From: Planctomycetota bacterium
GTDB taxonomy: Bacteria > Planctomycetota > MHYJ01 > JACPRB01
Assembly (NCBI GenBank): GCA_035644495.1
Contig: DASQOM010000190.1
Span: 1 to 11,331, forward strand
Direction of reading: 5' to 3'
Length of the DNA: 11,331 nt
Both the position numbers and the translations under genes were made by a program. Under the pieces are notes generated by a model. The model ran no database searches. It was not told the DNA's origin and saw nothing but the letters and a program-made list of their open reading frames with translations. This document shows, piece after piece, positions 6,358-11,331 of the stretch (its first letter is position 1; each line of letters opens with the position of its first letter).

Positions 6358-8382
6358 CTAGGCCGCCTTCGAGGGCGGGTCCTGGCTGTCCAGGGACAGG
6401 CCGGACTTCTCCGCCACCAGCAGGCTGAGCAGGGTCCCCATCAGGCTCGACCCCGACTTGCCGTCGGCGCCGCCCGTGATGAGGAGCCGCTCGGGCACCA
6501 GGGGCTGCTTGCTCTCGCTGAGCCGCTGGGCCACCAGGGCCAGGGCATAGAGCCTCGGATCGCCGTACGCCGCGATCTTCCGCTCCTGCACCCGCGCCTC
6601 CGCCTCGCCTTCGAGCGACAGACGCCGGCTCTCGCCTTCGCCGACCAGCACCCTCGTGCGCCCCTCCGATTCCGCGAGGAGCACCTTCTTCTTGCTGTCG
6701 CCTTCGGCCGTGACGACGGATTCCTCCGCCTGCTTCCGAGCCAGGGCAAGCTTCGCATCGCCCCGGTTTCCGGAGATCTCCACCTCCACCTTCGAGTTCG
6801 TCAACTCCGTCTGCTTCTCCGCCAGCGCCTGGGCGGTCTTCAGCGTGAGCAGCTTGTCCGCGGCCAGCCGCTGCTGCTCGTAGGTCTCCACCTGCTCGCG
6901 CGCCAGCTGCCGCATCCGCAGCTGCTCCAGCAGCGTTTCGATCGCCCCGCCGGCCCCCGCCGTGTCGGGCTTCCCGATCAGCACGTCCACGAGCTCGATG
7001 TCGAACTCCGCGAACCGGAAGCGCAGCTCGCGCCTCGCCTCCTGCTGGATCTGGTCCCGGTCGTGCAGGAGCTGCAGCATCGTCTTCTTGTGGGCGATGT
7101 CCCGGAAGTACGCGCTCAGCATCGGATCGAGCGTCTGCGTGATCAGCTTCTTCACGTCGCCGAACCGCTGCACCACCTTGGGCGCCTTCTGATAGTCGAT
7201 GTGGACCACCACCGACAGCGGGAGCACCGGCTCGTACGCGTCGGCCGTCACCAGGTCGATCGACTTCAGCGTCTCGTCATAGCGGTGGCTCTCCGTGCGC
7301 CCCGTGATCCAGTGCAGGACGAAGTTCGTCGTGGGCACCAGATACACGCAGCCGGCGTACGTGTTGAAGGGGTACTTGCCGGGGCCCAGCGTTTCAGCGA
7401 GGACTCCTCGTTCACCCTCGACCACCTGCTCGCCATGACGGAACCCCTTGCCCGTCAGGTCTTCTCCTTTCTGCCCGAAGTAGCTCACCACGACTCCCAC
7501 GGAGCCGATCGGAACCACCGTCTTGGGCACGATCTCCACGGACGCGAACCACCGGTTCAGGAAGTACGTCCCGTCCGTCAGGGGCACGTACTGCCGGCCT
7601 CGACGGCCGCCGGCCTTCAGGAACGTCTCCACGTCCTGGTAGTTGCTGTGGTACGACGGCCCTTCCGGGTCCGTCCCCACCGGCGGGGCGATGATCTCGC
7701 CCGGCCCCAGCGCGGGTCCGTCGTGGACGGTGACGATCGCGATCGAGTCGTCCGACTCCGACGCGTCCTCGCGGTTCCGGCTGTGGCTCCGGTCGATCAC
7801 GACCGGGCTGAACCCCTTGATGTCCTGCAGCTCCTTCTGCCACTTCTTGAAGGTCTCGGTCTGCTGACGGTCGCCCAGCTCGAGGCTGTACACCGTGTCC
7901 TCGGTGATCACCACGAAAAGCGCCACGTTGATCGCGTAGACGCCTTCGCGGAGGATCGCCCGCTGGCGGCCCCGCTGCCCCACCACGCCCTTGCCCGGCG
8001 CCAGGAACGCCCGCGCGTTCTGGAAGTGGTTGCAGTCGATCACCCGGCCCAGCGTCTGCTCCGGCGGCAGCGCCTGGCCGTCCCGGGCGAAGACATAGCC
8101 GATCTTGCCCTGCGGGACCGACGTCAGCCGGGACTTGTGCACACGGAACTGCCACGGCCAGTACCCGAAGTGCACGCCGCCGCGGAGGATCTCCGACTGC
8201 AGGCCCGCCTCTCCGGCGAGCGCGATCAGCCGTCCCTCCGGAAGCGACCCGCGGCCGGACCACAACTTCTCCACGATCCCGACCCGGTTGTTGGGGATGA
8301 CCCGCATTCCCAGCAGCGCCGGCACCAGGAGCAGGACCGCCACGACCGCCATGGCGCCCAGAACCCATCCGAAGCTCAACAT
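6358..8382 (-). CDS. Flotillin-like SPFH/Band-7 domain protein (YqiK/FloT-like), 674 aa
   Basis: ORF 6358..8502(-). The start is taken at ATG 8382 (MLSFGWVLGAMAVVAVLLLVPALLGM, an N-terminal membrane anchor), preceded by AAAGGAGGGGCTT-ATG. An SPFH core is present (VVVHIDYQKAPKVVQRFGDVKKLITQTLDPMLSAYFRDIAHKKTMLQLLHDRDQIQ). A long C-terminal coiled-coil/flotillin-repeat region follows (EQVETYEQQRLAADKLLTLKTAQALAEKQTEL...EGEAEARVQERKIAAYG). The overlapping ORFs 6130..8598(+) and 7412..8368(-) are off-frame artefacts. Confidence 0.9.
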   Translation of the reverse strand: MLSFGWVLGAMAVVAVLLLVPALLGMRVIPNNRVGIVEKLWSGRGSLPEGRLIALAGEAGLQSEILRGGVHFGYWPWQFRVHKSRLTSVPQGKIGYVFARDGQALPPEQTLGRVIDCNHFQNARAFLAPGKGVVGQRGRQRAILREGVYAINVALFVVITEDTVYSLELGDRQQTETFKKWQKELQDIKGFSPVVIDRSHSRNREDASESDDSIAIVTVHDGPALGPGEIIAPPVGTDPEGPSYHSNYQDVETFLKAGGRRGRQYVPLTDGTYFLNRWFASVEIVPKTVVPIGSVGVVVSYFGQKGEDLTGKGFRHGEQVVEGERGVLAETLGPGKYPFNTYAGCVYLVPTTNFVLHWITGRTESHRYDETLKSIDLVTADAYEPVLPLSVVVHIDYQKAPKVVQRFGDVKKLITQTLDPMLSAYFRDIAHKKTMLQLLHDRDQIQQEARRELRFRFAEFDIELVDVLIGKPDTAGAGGAIETLLEQLRMRQLAREQVETYEQQRLAADKLLTLKTAQALAEKQTELTNSKVEVEISGNRGDAKLALARKQAEESVVTAEGDSKKKVLLAESEGRTRVLVGEGESRRLSLEGEAEARVQERKIAAYGDPRLYALALVAQRLSESKQPLVPERLLITGGADGKSGSSLMGTLLSLLVAEKSGLSLDSQDPPSKAA

Positions 8383-8411
8383 AAGCCCCTCCTTTCGTCG
8401 GGGCCCTTCAT

Positions 8412-8427
8412 CGCAAGGGGCATGCCA
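8412..8427 (-). promoter_or_regulatory. σ54 (RpoN) -24/-12 promoter upstream of the flotillin gene: TGGCATG-CCCC-TTGCG
   Basis: The minus strand at 8427-8412 reads TGGCATGCCCCTTGCG, against the consensus TGGCACG-N4-TTGCW. The GG and GC dinucleotides are at the correct spacing and 10/12 consensus positions match. The predicted TSS is about 8401, giving a ~19-nt leader with AGGAGG before the ATG at 8382. A σ54 activator gene lies divergently 113 bp away. Confidence 0.55.
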
Positions 8428-8461
8428 CGGCGCGGCGTGCAACCCCCTGGAAGCCAGGCCG

Positions 8462-8490
8462 TTGCCCGGGGACCCGACCCGGGATATGGT
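8462..8490 (+). promoter_or_regulatory. Candidate σ70-type promoter for the bEBP gene (TTGCCC-N17-TATGGT)
   Basis: -35-like TTGCCC (8462-8467), 17-nt spacer, -10-like TATGGT (8485-8490); each hexamer matches at 4/6. It would give a 40-50 nt leader to the ATG at 8540. It overlaps the inverted-repeat patch, which would allow autoregulation. Confidence 0.2.
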
Positions 8491-8509
8491 GTTTTTCACC
8501 AAGGTTGGT
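8487..8509. promoter_or_regulatory. Cluster of short perfect inverted repeats (TGGTG-TTTTT-CACCA and ACCAA-GG-TTGGT) in the divergent intergenic region. Candidate enhancer (UAS) for the bEBP.
   Basis: TGGTGtttttCACCA (8487-8501) overlaps ACCAAggTTGGT (8498-8509). This is an AT-rich patch in otherwise GC-rich DNA, 60-85 bp upstream of the σ54 -24 element, which is the typical position for bEBP binding sites. CCTGGaagCCAGG at 8446-8458 is another palindrome nearby. Confidence 0.3.
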
Positions 8510-8539
8510 TTTTTCTGTCAGATGAGGTATCCTGCTACC

Positions 8540-9901
<1,362 letters not shown>

Positions 9902-9908
9902 GAGTAGC

Positions 9909-10790
9909 ATGATCCTGCTGCTGCTCGCCGTCCTGCTCGCCCAGGCCGCTCCCGCCGATGGCAACCCGGGGCATCTCAAGATGGCCCTGGTGAATCTCAA
10001 GTCCGTCACCAGCGACGGCACGGATCCCGCCGCCAACGCGGCCGCGATCCAGGCGAACCTGAAACGGCACGCCGACTTCATCGACCGCCTCGCGTCGGAC
10101 GGCGTCGAGTTCGTCGGTTTCCCCGAGCTGTCGGTGAACGGCTACCACTTCAGCAAGACGATGACCTGGCTCAGGCTCGACGGGCCCGAAGTGCAGGCGC
10201 TGCAGAAGAAGGCCGTGGACAAGCGCGTCTATGTCAGCGCCGGGATCGCCGAGATCGACGCGGACGGCAAGACGTGGAACACGCAGATCGTGATCGACCC
10301 CGGGGGCAAGCTGCTCGGCAGCCACCATAAGGTCTATCTGACCAAGGAGAACGGCTTCACCGAGAAGGGCACCGACCACAACGTCTTCGAGGTGAAAGGC
10401 GTGAAGCTGGGGATTTCGACGTGCGCGGACGGGTCGGACCGGAAGAACCTCGACGCGCTCGTCGGGAACGGCGCGAAGATCATCTACGGACCGCACGCGA
10501 ACACGACGGGCGGGACGACGGCGGGATGGTACAAGTTCCGCGCCGCCTGGGGTGGGCCCGAGGGGTGGATCGCGCAGCTCAAGGTGACGGCCGCCCTGCA
10601 CAACCACGCCGGTCTCTACAATCCGGACTATGGCGCGCCGGCCGGCGCCGACGCGAACACGGGCTGGGCAAGCGGCTCCTGGTTCATCGGCCCCGACGGC
10701 GCCACGCTTTCGCAGATGCCGCCGTCGACCCAGAAATCGGACAGCAAGGAGTACGTCCTTATCCAGAACATCCTCTTGGGCCGCCCCTGA
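9909..10790 (+). CDS. Carbon-nitrogen hydrolase (nitrilase-superfamily) protein with N-terminal signal peptide, 293 aa
   Basis: The start is 7 nt after the bEBP stop, with GGAG at 9900-9903. The signal peptide is MILLLLAVLLAQAAPADG (AQA-A cleavage motif). The nitrilase-superfamily catalytic triad is in canonical order and spacing: Glu in VGFPELS, Lys in GSHHKVYLT, Cys in LGISTCADGS. The antisense ORFs 9849..10793(-) and 8408..10081(-) are artefacts. Confidence 0.85.
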   Translation: MILLLLAVLLAQAAPADGNPGHLKMALVNLKSVTSDGTDPAANAAAIQANLKRHADFIDRLASDGVEFVGFPELSVNGYHFSKTMTWLRLDGPEVQALQKKAVDKRVYVSAGIAEIDADGKTWNTQIVIDPGGKLLGSHHKVYLTKENGFTEKGTDHNVFEVKGVKLGISTCADGSDRKNLDALVGNGAKIIYGPHANTTGGTTAGWYKFRAAWGGPEGWIAQLKVTAALHNHAGLYNPDYGAPAGADANTGWASGSWFIGPDGATLSQMPPSTQKSDSKEYVLIQNILLGRP

Positions 10791-10817
10791 CATAGTTCAC
10801 CATTTTCCGGATATACT
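10787..10817 (+). promoter_or_regulatory. Candidate σ70-type promoter (CTGACA-N19-TATACT) for the downstream zinc-ribbon/TM protein gene
   Basis: CTGACA (10787-10792) overlaps the hydrolase stop codon. TATACT (10812-10817) matches TATAAT at 5/6. The spacer is 18-19 nt. The ATG at 10851 lies about 27 nt after the predicted TSS. Confidence 0.3.
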
Positions 10818-10850
10818 GAGGCGGGATTCAAGGGCCGGGGACGAGAATAG

Positions 10851-11331
10851 ATGGGTCAGGCGATCTCTTATTGCTTCCGCTGTTCCACACAACTGCGGGA
10901 CGTGCAATTCGAGCAAGGCAAGGCTTACCGCCTGGACAGCTGGGTCGTCTGCGCCGCTTGCGCCCCCGAGGCCGTCAGGTCGTTGCCGCCGGAAAGCGTT
11001 CAAAAGCTTCTGGACGCCATCGCGGGCAAGAAGCCTGCGAGCAGCCGCAAGACCGGCTATGCGCTTCCGTCGGTCAAGGAGCCGATCCGCGAGTCCAGCC
11101 GCCTGATGCCGCTCACAAGCTCGTCCAGCCGGGGCATTCCGGCCACGGGATCGTCGACCGTCACCAAGACCCTGCCTGCGACGCCCCGCAATTCCTGGCT
11201 CCTCGTCGCGATCGTCGGCGGCGCCCTGGTCGTCGTCCTCCTCGCCGTCCTGATGAGCCGCCGCGCGCCGCCGGAGGTCCGCGTCGAGGAGACTGCGAAG
11301 CCCCCCCAGCCGCCCCTCGTGGCGAGGCCGA
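10851..11331 (+). CDS. Hypothetical protein, partial (runs off the right edge): N-terminal zinc ribbon, Ser/Thr-rich linker, one TM helix, then a Pro-rich region
   Basis: Hand translation from ATG 10851: MGQAISYCFRCSTQLRDVQFEQGKAYRLDSWVVCAACAPEAV (CxxC...CxxC), then ...SSRGIPATGSSTVTKTLPATPRNSWLLVAIVGGALVVVLLAVLMSRRAPPEVRVEETAKPPQPPLVARP. There is no stop before the window end. Third codon positions are G/C-biased. It is not the listed ORF 10630..11106, which is in another frame and Arg-rich. Confidence 0.55.
   Translation, partial: MGQAISYCFRCSTQLRDVQFEQGKAYRLDSWVVCAACAPEAVRSLPPESVQKLLDAIAGKKPASSRKTGYALPSVKEPIRESSRLMPLTSSSSRGIPATGSSTVTKTLPATPRNSWLLVAIVGGALVVVLLAVLMSRRAPPEVRVEETAKPPQPPLVARP

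Noticed and set aside
4568-6361. 597-aa +strand ORF spanning the DUF1501 and small membrane protein loci
   Set aside because: It is off-frame and antisense, with a product dominated by Arg/Pro/Gly/Ala. DUF1501 on the minus strand is unmistakable.
8421-8428. A possible plus-strand σ54 element around the GGCATGCC palindrome
   Set aside because: Read on the plus strand there is no correctly spaced GG-N10-GC match. Only the minus-strand reading gives a consensus-like -24/-12 that is properly positioned upstream of a gene.

Overview
This window is about 68-70% GC and carries ten plausible protein-coding genes. It has no rRNA, tRNA, CRISPR array or recognisable transposase. The Tat-signal DUF1501 protein, the σ54 machinery and the codon usage (strong G/C at third codon positions) point to a Planctomycetota-like chromosome; this is inference only. 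Gene order, left to right: a partial zinc-ribbon protein (-), a small Lys-rich secreted protein (-), a coiled-coil protein fused to an MreB/ParM-like actin-fold ATPase domain (+), a DUF488 protein (+), a hypothetical protein (-), DUF1501 (-), a small 3-TM membrane protein (-), a flotillin/SPFH protein (-), a divergent σ54-dependent enhancer-binding protein (+), a signal-peptide-bearing carbon-nitrogen hydrolase (+), and a partial zinc-ribbon/TM protein (+). Two things stand out. First, the coiled-coil–actin-like fusion protein may be an undescribed cytoskeletal element. Second, there is a Psp-like module in which a near-consensus σ54 -24/-12 promoter sits directly upstream of the flotillin gene and faces a divergently encoded bEBP whose receiver-like N-terminal domain seems to lack the phospho-acceptor Asp. 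Many long ORFs in the supplied six-frame track are Arg/Pro/Gly-rich off-frame or antisense artefacts of high-GC DNA, and I rejected them.
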